DNA of 64,000 nt from an uncultured Thermococci archaeon (GTDB taxonomy: Archaea > CAYQAE01 > CAYVLA01): assembly GCA_964549615.1 (NCBI GenBank), contig CAZJVP010000076.1, positions 1-64,000 of the forward strand. Direction: 5' to 3'. The position numbers and the translations under genes are program-made. The notes below the pieces were generated by a model. The model searched no databases and was not told the origin of the DNA. It saw nothing but the letters and a program-made list of their open reading frames with translations. Below, one piece after another: positions 27,330 through 36,737 of the stretch (within the stretch, counting starts at the first letter, position 1; each line of letters opens with the position of its first letter).

Positions 27330-27884
27330 ATGAGGCAATTGAAGGTCGTCGGTCTCGTGGGAAGGGCTGGAGCTGGCAAGGACACCGTGTGCCAGATCAT
27401 GGCCAGCCGCTTTCCATCGGTGAGGATGGGCGATGTGGTCATACAGGAGACCAAGCGCAGAGGGCTTGAGCCGACCGATGACAACGTTGCTGCTGTGGCA
27501 AACGACCTGAGGCGCACCGAGGGCATGGCTGCGGTGGCAAGAAGGTGCATCGACGCGATACGCGGCTTGGACTCACCCGTCGTCATCGTGAACGGGATAA
27601 GGGGTTTGGACGAGGTGAGAGTCTTTCAGGCCGAGTTTCCCCGATTCTTCTTGGTGGAGGTGTGGGCGCCGGAGAGGCTGAGGTATGAGAGGATCATGAA
27701 AAGGGCGAGGCCGGATGACGTCAGGGATTTTGAGCAGTTCCTGGCGCGCGATCGGCGGGAGGAGTCCTGGGGCCTTGGCCGGGCGATCGCGTTGGCTCGC
27801 CACAGGATCAACAACGACGGGGGCCTGGAGGATCTGGAGGCGAGAACGAGAGAGCTATTGGAATCAATCGAGGCAGATCCCTAA
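27330..27884 (+). CDS. Dephospho-CoA-kinase-like P-loop protein (UPF0200)
   Basis: GRAGAGKDT, MGDVV, NGIRGLDEV, R..R.RPDD, RDRRE..WG, INND. Confidence 0.8.
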   Translation: MRQLKVVGLVGRAGAGKDTVCQIMASRFPSVRMGDVVIQETKRRGLEPTDDNVAAVANDLRRTEGMAAVARRCIDAIRGLDSPVVIVNGIRGLDEVRVFQAEFPRFFLVEVWAPERLRYERIMKRARPDDVRDFEQFLARDRREESWGLGRAIALARHRINNDGGLEDLEARTRELLESIEADP

Positions 27885-28011
27885 GAGGCCTTCCTGCATC
27901 AGCGGTCCGCGTTAGAAAAGTTGGCTTCTCGTTGGAGGGTGGCGGTTGCTCGGCGAGGGCCTGATCCGAGGAAAGGGGGGAGCTAGAACGTCGAGGCGGC
28001 AGGAATAGCAC

Positions 28012-28488
28012 CTACCTTTTTCCCAACACCTTTCCCTCCTCGTCGATCTCTCCCCGCCTGATCCTCGTCGAGGAGATTGGCCTGCCGTCCTCGGCATTTA
28101 TGATCTCGACCATGACTATGTCCAGGGGCTTCATGCCCCGTGCGACCCTCCGGACGTTGATCTTGTGGGCGTTCTGTGCTGTGAGTTTTGTGACCACGAT
28201 GGCCTGGAGATTGGCGAAGTCGGCCGCGAAGCCGTACTCGTCCTCGATCCGAAAGACGTGCGCGCGATCGGCACATCCAGCGTCCTGAAAGTAGCGCAGG
28301 AGGTTGCTTTTCCTGATTCCGTAGGTAGGGATATCCTCGCCCGGCTTAGTCCGCCTCACCATGTCGTCGGAGGTTAGGCCTACGAAGACCTCCCCTCCGT
28401 CCGAGAAAGCCTTCCGCAACAGGGCCTTGTGTCCCTTGTGCAGGGGCCAGAACGTGCCGGCGACCGCGATCCTTTCATAGCGCCACAT
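28012..28488 (-). CDS. coaD: Phosphopantetheine adenylyltransferase (archaeal type)
   Basis: GTFWPLHKGH (HxGH), GLTSD, INxRR..RGMKPL, ISSTRIRRGEID; start trimmed to ATG 28488. Confidence 0.9.
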   Translation of the reverse strand: MWRYERIAVAGTFWPLHKGHKALLRKAFSDGGEVFVGLTSDDMVRRTKPGEDIPTYGIRKSNLLRYFQDAGCADRAHVFRIEDEYGFAADFANLQAIVVTKLTAQNAHKINVRRVARGMKPLDIVMVEIINAEDGRPISSTRIRRGEIDEEGKVLGKR

Positions 28489-28558
28489 GGCGGCGGGACC
28501 TACGCATACATATTTTAAATTATTCTGACCGCCACGACGGGGCGATAACCTGATCAGC

Positions 28559-29371
28559 GTGCTCTTGTCAGGCTGCGGGCGTATGGGAAAAAGGGTCGCT
28601 GCCTTGGCGGCGGGCTCGACCGACATCAAGATCGTCGGAGCCCTCGAGAGTCCGAGGAGCCCGGACCTGGGCAAGGACGTCGGAGAGGTCTCCTACGCGG
28701 GCGATCTGGGAGCCAAGGTCTTCCCCGCCGAGGAGATCGAAAGGGTTGTTAAGGAGTCGCAGCCCGATGTCCTCGTCGACTTCACCAATGCCGAGGCTTC
28801 CACCCAGAACGTCGTCGCGGCATCCAGGCTGGGCCTGCGGATCGTTATGGGCACGACCGGGCATAGCGAGGAGCAGATGAGCAGGATCGTGGAATCGATC
28901 AGAGCAAACAGGGTGGCGGCCGTCATCGCGCCCAACATGTCCCTTGGCGTCACGGTCCTCCTCGAGGCCTGCCAACTTGTTGCCAAGATGCTACCCGGTT
29001 ACGACGTGGAGATACTCGAGGTCCACCACAGGCAGAAGATAGATGCCCCCTCTGGCACGGCGCTCAAACTCGCCCGCGCAATATCCGAAACGCTTCATAT
29101 GGACCCAGCAAAGGACATCGTGTCGGGCAGGGCCGGGATTCGCAAGAGAGGCGACCGAGAGATCGGCATCGCGTCCCTTAGGGCTGGCGACATCGTGGGC
29201 GACCACACCATCATCTTCGCCGGGCCCGGCGAGAGAATAGAACTCACCCACCGCGCTCACAGCCGGGACGCATTCGCATCAGGGGTTCTGTCCAGCATCA
29301 GGTTCGTTTCCAAGGCCGAGCCCGGCATCTATTCGATGAAGGACGTACTGAGGCCTGCCTCGGGTGGGTAG
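28559..29371 (+). CDS. dapB: 4-hydroxy-tetrahydrodipicolinate reductase
   Basis: GRMG, VDFT, GTTG, APNMSLG, EVHHRQKIDAPSGTA, HRAHSRDAFASG. Confidence 0.95.
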   Translation: MLLSGCGRMGKRVAALAAGSTDIKIVGALESPRSPDLGKDVGEVSYAGDLGAKVFPAEEIERVVKESQPDVLVDFTNAEASTQNVVAASRLGLRIVMGTTGHSEEQMSRIVESIRANRVAAVIAPNMSLGVTVLLEACQLVAKMLPGYDVEILEVHHRQKIDAPSGTALKLARAISETLHMDPAKDIVSGRAGIRKRGDREIGIASLRAGDIVGDHTIIFAGPGERIELTHRAHSRDAFASGVLSSIRFVSKAEPGIYSMKDVLRPASGG

Positions 29372-29683
29372 ATGGCTCTTCGCAACCTGGAGAGGGAGAT
29401 GGATCTCGTCCTAAGACACGTGCGCGTCCTGCAGGTCCTGAGCGAAAAGGGCCCCATGGGCATACGCAGGATCTCAAGCGAGACGAACATACCGAGGCAC
29501 CAGGTCAGGTACTCGCTGAGGGTGCTTGAGAAAGCTGGGGTACTGGTCCCCACTTCCAGGGGAGCCAAGCTCACGGCAAAGGTTGGCGAGTACGTGCGCG
29601 ATCTTGTCGCCGACTTAGAGGAGTTGGATAAGCGCCTCTCCGGCATCGTGCAGATGGCGCACGACCTCTTTCCCGCCGCTTAG
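29372..29683 (+). CDS. Winged helix-turn-helix transcriptional regulator
   Basis: RHVRVL...GPMGIRRIS...HQVRYSLRVLE..GV..PT.RGA; abuts the dapB stop. Confidence 0.75.
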   Translation: MALRNLEREMDLVLRHVRVLQVLSEKGPMGIRRISSETNIPRHQVRYSLRVLEKAGVLVPTSRGAKLTAKVGEYVRDLVADLEELDKRLSGIVQMAHDLFPAA

Positions 29684-29916
29684 AGCTTCTTCTTGGCTAG
29701 GGTCAGGTAGAAGGATAGATCTTGGTCGGCGGGGTCAGCGAGCAGGTCAAGGACCCTGCCTCCGAGCAGCTTGTACTCAGTCTTCTCAAGATCCAGCACG
29801 ACCTTCTTCTCCCCTCTCAGCTCCACAAGCACTCGTGGGAACTGGCTGTCCCGGTCTATCATGACTTCGGTCACGTTGGACTCCACGATTGGCTTGCCGT
29901 CCAATAGTATCTTCAT
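29680..29916 (-). CDS. Small hypothetical protein
   Basis: ATG with GGAGTGA RBS and TATA at 29953-29966; typical codon usage. Confidence 0.6.
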   Translation of the reverse strand: MKILLDGKPIVESNVTEVMIDRDSQFPRVLVELRGEKKVVLDLEKTEYKLLGGRVLDLLADPADQDLSFYLTLAKKKL

Positions 29917-29952
29917 CTCAATTCACTCCCGGCTCCACCGGGTCGGGATCTT

Positions 29953-29966
29953 TCTATTTAAATAGA
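29953..29966. promoter_or_regulatory. Palindromic (bidirectional) TATA element
   Basis: Perfect 14-bp palindrome TCTATTTAAATAGA. Confidence 0.6.
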
Positions 29967-30289
29967 TGTGTCCGCCTGCCCCGAACGCTTCGCGAGGAAA
30001 AGGCGAGCAGCATGAGGAGAACGGCGGCCACCGGGCCGCGGTTCGCATGCGGCAAGACCGACATCGTTCGTTGGGAGTTGGTGGCAAACAATATCACCGC
30101 GGAGTACTGGGGCGACCCTTTGCGAGGTCAAGGGAAGTCCGTGGATACCCTGTCTTGAGCCTGACCGAAGTCCCACCCTCCGTGCGTCGCACGGGACTCG
30201 GGAAACTTGACACCATCGTTGATCGGGCAGATTCGACCTCGCCTGGTCATACAAGATCATCATTTAACTAGGGCTTCCCAAATCCAACG

Positions 30290-30967
30290 ATGGTGCTGGG
30301 GATGGATCTGCGGGAAGAGTTGGAATTATTGGGCCTCGACCAGTCAAGGGTTGCTTTTGAGGCGGGCCGCCAGGAACCGCTGATTTCGGTGAATTCCATA
30401 CGGACGATCGGGGGTTGCAGCCAGCTCTCGCTTCCCGACGGGGCGGTGGCTTCGTGCGTGGTCTGCCTTGGGTTGCCTGGGCTGAAGGAAATCTGCGGAT
30501 CCTGGGCATTGACGTGGACGGATCTACAGTACGAGCCGACGTACCTCGCGTACAGGGAGGGGCCGGCCTTGATCAAGGCTGTCCAGCGGCTTTCAAGGAC
30601 GCCCGACGTTCTGCTGATCCCTGCGGCGGGGATCGATCATCCGAGGGGACTGGGAATGGCGCGGCACGTCGGCTATCTCCTCTCCATCCCAACGGTGGGG
30701 GTGACTCGGACGCCGCTGGTTGGACAAGGGGTCGCTATACAACCTAAGGCGGGGCAAGCGCGTGTCGCCTTCACGCGGGGTCCGGGACGTGGGACGATCT
30801 ACGTTTCGCGTGGCTGGGGCGTCGACGCGGCGAGCGCGGTCGAGATCGTCCGGCTCTGCACAAGGGAACACAGGATGCCTGAACCAGTCTACCTCGCGAA
30901 GGCCGTCTGTAGGGAGATGATGAGGGATCTCCGCCTAGCTGGCCTAGGGTTCCCAACGCAGAGCTAG
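30290..30967 (+). CDS. nfi: Endonuclease V homolog with degenerate catalytic residues
   Basis: YEPTYLAYREGP, PDVLL, G.DHPRGLGMARH.G, PTVGV, IYVS.G, RMPEP match EndoV; the catalytic Asp positions are substituted. Confidence 0.8.
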   Translation: MVLGMDLREELELLGLDQSRVAFEAGRQEPLISVNSIRTIGGCSQLSLPDGAVASCVVCLGLPGLKEICGSWALTWTDLQYEPTYLAYREGPALIKAVQRLSRTPDVLLIPAAGIDHPRGLGMARHVGYLLSIPTVGVTRTPLVGQGVAIQPKAGQARVAFTRGPGRGTIYVSRGWGVDAASAVEIVRLCTREHRMPEPVYLAKAVCREMMRDLRLAGLGFPTQS

Positions 30968-31542
30968 CTGCGGTCCGCGGTTGGCCCCGTTCTCAAGCAG
31001 CTTGCTTTTGCACGGCAGCGGGGACACATCGAATAGCCTTTGGCGTCGGTGTCGAGTATCGAATTGGAGAAGAACATGACGCACCTGCGGTCCGCGCAAT
31101 GTGGTAGGCCGAGCAGATGGCCAAGCTCGTGAACGGACTCGGTGGCGGTTCTTACAAGCAGCACGCGTTCGTCCCCCGCAAGTCCGTAGAAGGAGGGCTC
31201 GAGACGGTGGGTCGAGACGACGGCCACCCTGTCCTGCGGGCTCGCCAAGCCGAAGACGAAGTTCAGTTCTGGGACGTACAGATCCAGATCCGTCAGCCCG
31301 ACCATGAAGTCGCAGCCGGCTAGGTCGAGAGCATTCCTGAGGCACGGGATGAAGTCCTCCGCCCTATGCTGGATCGCTCCCGCCCGACGCGTCCGTGCAT
31401 GGGGGAGATCGAGGTTCCTGCAGGCAACCAACCTAAGGAAAGGGTAGCTACTCTCCAGCAGCAAGGCCAACCTTCCCAGGTCCAGGTGGACACGGTCGAA
31501 TCGAGCGAGCCCGACCGATCTAGCTTCGCTCATCGGTCTCAA
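30964..31542 (-). CDS. amzA: Archaemetzincin zinc metalloprotease
   Basis: DLY..LNFVFGLA, HELGHLLGLPHC....CVMFFSNS...TD.K....C..C. Confidence 0.9.
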   Translation of the reverse strand: MRPMSEARSVGLARFDRVHLDLGRLALLLESSYPFLRLVACRNLDLPHARTRRAGAIQHRAEDFIPCLRNALDLAGCDFMVGLTDLDLYVPELNFVFGLASPQDRVAVVSTHRLEPSFYGLAGDERVLLVRTATESVHELGHLLGLPHCADRRCVMFFSNSILDTDAKGYSMCPRCRAKASCLRTGPTADRS

Positions 31543-31990
31543 CTATCATTGCGACCTCGTCGCAGTCTGGAAACTTCGGGCATTTTATGCACTCGGCCCA
31601 TATCTTTTGGGGCAGCTCCGACTTCTCGACCGGCCGAAAGCCGGCCTTCTCGAAATAGCGCGGTATGGCCGTCAGGATGAAAACCCTCCTGATTCCAAGC
31701 GCAGGAGCCTCGGAAAGCACGGCCTTGATCAGATGGATCCCGATATGCCTGCCCAGGTGGTCCGACCGGACGGCCAGCGAGCGGAGTTCGGCGAGGTCCT
31801 TCCAGAAGATGTGCAGGGCGCAGGACCCCACGATCTCGCCCCCGTCCTCCGCCACATGGTAGTCTCTTATGTTCTCATAGATTTCGCTCAGTGAGCGGGG
31901 AAGCATCCTGTTCTCGGAGGCGTAGGAGTTGATCAGCTTCCTTATCTCCTCGGCGTCCCTCACGTTTGCCTTGCGAATCCTGATGGCCAT
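31520..31990 (-). CDS. GNAT N-acetyltransferase (short ArgA-like)
   Basis: MLPRSLSEIYENIRDY, LAELRSLAV, LPQKIWAECIKCPKFPDCDE; start trimmed to ATG 31990. Confidence 0.85.
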   Translation of the reverse strand: MAIRIRKANVRDAEEIRKLINSYASENRMLPRSLSEIYENIRDYHVAEDGGEIVGSCALHIFWKDLAELRSLAVRSDHLGRHIGIHLIKAVLSEAPALGIRRVFILTAIPRYFEKAGFRPVEKSELPQKIWAECIKCPKFPDCDEVAMIVETDERS

Positions 31991-32022
31991 TGGCCGGCTC
32001 TCCGATCCTGTCCTGAAAAATA

Positions 32023-33924
32023 TCAGCCGAAGGGGTTGACGGGCTCCTTGACCGCCCAGGTGAGCAGCGGGCAGAGCTTGGTGCAGGAGGCGCAGTGCGC
32101 ACATCGGTCGGTGATCCAACTTCTGCCCTCGCGGATCTCTATGGCGCTTCTCGGGCAAGACCCCACGCACGTGCCACATCCCACGCAGTACTTCGCCTTG
32201 ACCAGGCAGTAGGTCACCTTCCGCCCCACCTCCCACAAGAGATCGATTTCCCGACAGGGCCCAACTACGATCCCTCCGTCGATGCCAACCTCGATGGGGA
32301 CGTGCGAGTGCGCGGTTGAGATGCGCCCCTCCCGGTTCTGGATCGGCCCCAACGCATTCAGAAGGTTCGCCGCCCTCCGGCTGTCGCACCCGCTCAGCTT
32401 TGCCGTGAGGAGGGCACCCGAATCGGACCTTGATTCCCGGAAGACCACCTGTTCGGTGCGGGCATGGGGATCATCGAGCTTGATGCAGGGACCTGCCCAG
32501 GCCGGCGGATCCCTCCATCGCCAAAGACCCAGAGAAAACCACTCATGCGGCATCTTGTTCATTCGGCCGTGGGCCTCGATCTCCGAGAGGAATCGGGTCG
32601 CAGTCTCAGGGTGGGTGCGTTCAAGCAGGTGGAATTCTGCCATTTCGCCGGATGGGCAGACCATGCATCCTATCCTGGCATATCCCCTGTAGTAGAGCGG
32701 GTTCATCTCGGCGTTCTCCCTCATCGCATAGAGCCAGACGTGGAGAGCGGTCCAGGACCTGATCGGGCTGGCCGCGATCTGGCCGGGGACCCATGGGTTG
32801 TGGGAGATCCGGCCACGCTCGAACCTCGGCTGGGATTCGTACTTCCGTTGGCCCACGAACGTCAGGCAGCTTCCCCCGAAGACCTCTTGGATGATCGATG
32901 TGGTTGGGCCGAGCTTGCAGACCTTGCAGCACCAACGGGCGTCCCTGGCCGGCGGCCCGAAGATCTTCATCGCCCGCCAGAACCTGTCGCCGACCGACCT
33001 CAACACCAGCCTGTCCTTCAGCCCCATCCTGTTCAGGGTGTGATCCGTGTACTGCAACGTTTCTGGGAACTCTATGCCGGTGTCCACGAAGATGACTCTG
33101 AAGTCCTGGATCGCTTTCGCCACCAACAGCAGGGTGCAGAGGCTGTCCTTTCCGCCGCTGAAGGCGATGGCCTTCGGGATCTGGTAGGAAGCGGACACCT
33201 TCCTGATGAACTCTAGCGCCTCTTCCTCCCTCTTCCTGAGGACATCCTCGTTGGCCCGGGCGGCATCTACCCAGGACTGGCCGCCGGGCAGCATGACCGG
33301 CTCCCTCGGGAACGCCGCCTCTCGTATCTTGGCTGCCATGCCCCGTTTCCGCTGAAGCATCTCTGAGCCGCTCATCCTTGCGCTGCCAACCGAGAACACC
33401 CTGCCCTCCGGGTCTATGACCGTAACCTCGTCGCCAGGCTGGATGGACTCATCGGCTTCGACGACGCCGACCGCAAGGAGGCTTCCGCCGCTCAGTATGG
33501 GTTCAACCGCGCCCCTGTCAGCCTGGATTACCTTCCGCGTCGACAGGCGGGCGAGCCTTGAGGCCCCTTCGACGGTTGGCTTGAACGCCCAACTGCGGGA
33601 GTCCGGGTCGTAGAAGGCCCGCCCGACGATCTTTCCGTCCAGCACGACCTCTATGGCCCTGTCTTGGAAAGGGATGCTGTTTAGCAGGATGAGCTTATCT
33701 CCGGGAAGGAACTTGTCTCCGACCCCGATCCCGTAGGCGTCGTCCACGGTGGACCTGAGGAGCTCGATCGACCTGCCGACCGCAGGATAGGCATCTCCCG
33801 GGGGAGTCAGCGGAACCTCATGGGTGTCCGAGCCGCAGACCGGACAACTCCTACGCTCCAGGATGGGCAGGTTGCACTTCATGCACCAAGAGACTAGTAT
33901 CCTGCCATGGTAGATTGCCGGCAT
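32023..33924 (-). CDS. PAPS-reductase-family PP-loop protein with PUA and 4Fe-4S domains
   Basis: N-terminal WCxxC/CxxC, PUA-like segment, FSGGKDS, RWCCKVCKLGP, RIGCMVCP, C-terminal 2x CxxCxxCxxxCP. Confidence 0.85.
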   Translation of the reverse strand: MPAIYHGRILVSWCMKCNLPILERRSCPVCGSDTHEVPLTPPGDAYPAVGRSIELLRSTVDDAYGIGVGDKFLPGDKLILLNSIPFQDRAIEVVLDGKIVGRAFYDPDSRSWAFKPTVEGASRLARLSTRKVIQADRGAVEPILSGGSLLAVGVVEADESIQPGDEVTVIDPEGRVFSVGSARMSGSEMLQRKRGMAAKIREAAFPREPVMLPGGQSWVDAARANEDVLRKREEEALEFIRKVSASYQIPKAIAFSGGKDSLCTLLLVAKAIQDFRVIFVDTGIEFPETLQYTDHTLNRMGLKDRLVLRSVGDRFWRAMKIFGPPARDARWCCKVCKLGPTTSIIQEVFGGSCLTFVGQRKYESQPRFERGRISHNPWVPGQIAASPIRSWTALHVWLYAMRENAEMNPLYYRGYARIGCMVCPSGEMAEFHLLERTHPETATRFLSEIEAHGRMNKMPHEWFSLGLWRWRDPPAWAGPCIKLDDPHARTEQVVFRESRSDSGALLTAKLSGCDSRRAANLLNALGPIQNREGRISTAHSHVPIEVGIDGGIVVGPCREIDLLWEVGRKVTYCLVKAKYCVGCGTCVGSCPRSAIEIREGRSWITDRCAHCASCTKLCPLLTWAVKEPVNPFG

Positions 33925-34272
33925 TCGAAGACGGTTTTCTGACCGCACCAGATAAATGGATGCGGCATTCTCCTAGGCGTGTCCAGGTGGGTTCGGCCGG
34001 CTGCCTTGCCGTTGCACATCCGATCTCCCTGCAAGCGTTGCAAAGGAGGCCGATCAACGGGTGCAGCGCCCCCGAGCTTGCCGGCGCAACTGAGGCTGCT
34101 AACCATAGGCAGCGTAGAAGGCGCTGCGCATGCAGGCCGGGCGCGCCCGGGTCCTTGGCCATGTGTGGCGGTGCGAGGCGGCCTATCGCCTTGCCTATCC
34201 GCATGGGAGCGGCTTTGCGATCGCTACACGACCAGGCGAGAGATATTAATTGCAGCTTCCTTCGTCTGGCCC

Positions 34273-36216
34273 GTGTCGATTGCCCGTGTCTTCGCCATCG
34301 CCCTATTTGCTCTGACGCTAAGCGCCGCTGCATTGGTCGCTTGGATGCGTTGGAGGTGCAGAAGGCAGGTGAGAAGGGCGGTTCTCATCATCCTGCCCAT
34401 CCTGGCGCTGGGAGAGTTTTTTGCTCTGTACCCGATCCCGCTCCTCCCCCACAACCCCGCCGTGGCGGCCGAGGGACGGACCTATGGGCCTCGCCCTGGT
34501 TTTCCGGTCGTCCTGGTCATGGGCGAGACGGCGGATGCTAAGACCTTCCGCCAAGCCGACTGGAGCGGCGCATGGGCCAACACGCTTGTACAGGAGATTT
34601 CTGGTTGCTCCGTGATCTCCGTTTCCCGCGTGGACGACGATCTTCTCCAGGATACTAGCCTCTTGGTCTTGTCAAGAAGTGCGTCTGGTCAACTTGCTGG
34701 GACTCAAGTGGCGAGCCTGGAGAAGTGGGTCATGCGCGGCGGGTTGGCGATAGTGGAGCAGCAATCGAACACGCTGTCGAACCTGACGGGGGTGAGTGTG
34801 GCAGGGGTTGGAGAGGCGTGGTCGCCTGCGAGGGTGACCAAGGTGGCAGGAAGCGCCCAAGAGTGGGCGGACCTAACGCTGATGCCTCTCGTTACCTCCT
34901 GCATGACGTTGTCCAAGAGAGCCGATGATACGACCGTGGCGATGGAGATGGACGATCAGCCCGTCGTCCTGGTCAGACACATCGGTGAGGGAGCCGTTTG
35001 TACATACCTCTTCGACGTGGGCCAACAATTGACGGCCCTGCAGCAGGGCGTCCCCTCCAAGGGATTCCGGGTGGTGGACAAGAGGGGCGCCGGCGGCATC
35101 GTCGATGCGCCGGATCTCATCTGCAGCTCCGGCCCGTTGGATTGCAGCATTCCTTTCGCCGATGTCTTGGAGAGATGGATGGTTGGATTGTTGGAGGACA
35201 TCCGGGCGATTCCGCGGATGTGGTACTATCCGTATGATTATGACGGAGCTGTGGCCATCACGCACGACGAGGACTGGTTCGGCGATGCATCGAGTTTTGT
35301 AACCGAACACGAGAAGGCCAGTAACTACTCATCGACCTTCTTCATGATCGCGAGGGGTCCTCTGACCTCCCAAGGCCTTGACATCATGAGCGGCCTGGGA
35401 GCCGACATACAGATCCACTGGAACAGGGAGATGCTCAGATGGCGGGACAAAGCGGTGCGCAGATGGTTCGTGGTGTTCACTAGGGGCGATGGCAGCTTGA
35501 GGAAGCAGATCCGCGTACTGGAGGAGAAGCTTGGAGGCAAGGGCGAGGTGTCGCTGTGCAGAATTCACAGACTAAGCTGGGGAGGTCGGTACACTCGGCC
35601 ATACAGGATCATGGAAGCTGCGGGTGTGAAGCTCGACTCGACGTTGGGACCAGCTGGAAAGACCGGAAGGGGATACCTTTTCGGAACCGGCCTGCCGTTC
35701 CATCCCATAGACACCAACGGCAAATTGTTCTCCTTGTTGGAGGTTCCCTTCCAGATCCAAGCGAGGTATTCCGGGGTAGATCGCTCCTACATCGGTGACT
35801 TGCTTCGAAACAGCAGCGTGCGCTACCACGAGATCATCACCGCTCTGTACCACCCATCCGACTTGGTCGAGGGCTCGCCGGTGACGGAGGACTGGTACGT
35901 TTTCCACGAGCTTGCACGGCAAGAGAACCACTGGATGATTACCCTTTCGGATCTGGTTGGATGGTGGACCGCAAGGCAAGCAGTGGAAATAGGCAACGTT
36001 AAGTGGAACGGCACCTCCCTCAGTTACGATTGCGCGGCCACGCTGGATCGGATGGCGATCATTGTGCCCCTCTCACACAACGGTCTTGCGATCTCGTCCA
36101 TCTTCGTGGATTCAGGGCCGGCCCAGGCAACGAGAACGATTTCGCTGCAGGGAAGGCAGTACGTGTTGGTTCGGATCGACCAGGGCAGGCATTTCATCTC
36201 CGTCGTCTACCGATGA
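34273..36216 (+). CDS. Membrane-anchored polysaccharide-deacetylase-like (NodB/CE4) protein
   Basis: Two N-terminal TM segments; ITHDED, IQIHW, RIHRL, DSTLG, FGTGLPF, LLEVP, LYHP. The ORF is open from 33979; GTG 34273 chosen because it follows an AT-rich TATA-like stretch at ~34243. Confidence 0.6.
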   Translation: MSIARVFAIALFALTLSAAALVAWMRWRCRRQVRRAVLIILPILALGEFFALYPIPLLPHNPAVAAEGRTYGPRPGFPVVLVMGETADAKTFRQADWSGAWANTLVQEISGCSVISVSRVDDDLLQDTSLLVLSRSASGQLAGTQVASLEKWVMRGGLAIVEQQSNTLSNLTGVSVAGVGEAWSPARVTKVAGSAQEWADLTLMPLVTSCMTLSKRADDTTVAMEMDDQPVVLVRHIGEGAVCTYLFDVGQQLTALQQGVPSKGFRVVDKRGAGGIVDAPDLICSSGPLDCSIPFADVLERWMVGLLEDIRAIPRMWYYPYDYDGAVAITHDEDWFGDASSFVTEHEKASNYSSTFFMIARGPLTSQGLDIMSGLGADIQIHWNREMLRWRDKAVRRWFVVFTRGDGSLRKQIRVLEEKLGGKGEVSLCRIHRLSWGGRYTRPYRIMEAAGVKLDSTLGPAGKTGRGYLFGTGLPFHPIDTNGKLFSLLEVPFQIQARYSGVDRSYIGDLLRNSSVRYHEIITALYHPSDLVEGSPVTEDWYVFHELARQENHWMITLSDLVGWWTARQAVEIGNVKWNGTSLSYDCAATLDRMAIIVPLSHNGLAISSIFVDSGPAQATRTISLQGRQYVLVRIDQGRHFISVVYR

Positions 36217-36491
36217 AGGTTAGCGCGGATCTCGATCTCCGGAACGTTTTCGGAATCCCGCCGACTGTGGCTCACGAGGCCCACGAATGGCCATGGCCGT
36301 CAACTGGCCCGTTCTTCGCGCTTCCGAGGATTGCCTTGCGCAGCTACGGCAAAGGCCATACCAAGAGACCCCCCGTTTGCACTGTGGCGCTCGCTCGGGC
36401 AAGCGGTGGTGGCCTTAGCCATAGCTGTAGCTGTAGCTACAGATAACCTTTAAATCCAAACGGGTCCCAGCCGGCCCAATCAGTGACATGA

Positions 36492-36737
36492 ATGACGTCC
36501 CGGAAGTCGCGGCATAAGAAGTGGGGAAAGTACAAGAAGAGCGTGGGGCGCCAGAGAACCGTTTCCTGCGTTTTCTGCGGGCGCTCCGTGCCAAGGGGGA
36601 AGGCCACGCCCGTCGAGAGGGGTATGCGGTTGGGCGACCTAAGGTCTTTGGGCGTGAAGCGCGAGCAGGTAATGCTGCCGAGCTACAAGTACTATGCGTG
36701 CATAAGCTGCGCCAAGCATCGGAAGCTGATCAAGTAG
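36492..36737 (+). CDS. rps26e: Ribosomal protein eS26 (divergent)
   Basis: GR..TVSCVFCGRSVPRGKA...YACISCAKHRK zinc-ribbon pattern; TTTAAAT promoter at ~36448. Confidence 0.85.
   Translation: MTSRKSRHKKWGKYKKSVGRQRTVSCVFCGRSVPRGKATPVERGMRLGDLRSLGVKREQVMLPSYKYYACISCAKHRKLIK

Noticed and set aside
28012-28488. GTFW instead of GTFD in CoaD
   Set aside because: HxGH and SST motifs are intact; a single substitution is not enough to claim altered function.
29990-30270. Possible RNase P RNA (GAGGAAA, GGGAAGTCC fragments)
   Set aside because: The contiguous P4 5' motif and the matching 3' ACAGAA...GCUUA motif were not found.
36217-36445. Intergenic stretch with TAGCTG x3 microrepeat and short ORFs
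   Set aside because: Repeat too short for CRISPR or a meaningful tandem array; ORFs lack support.
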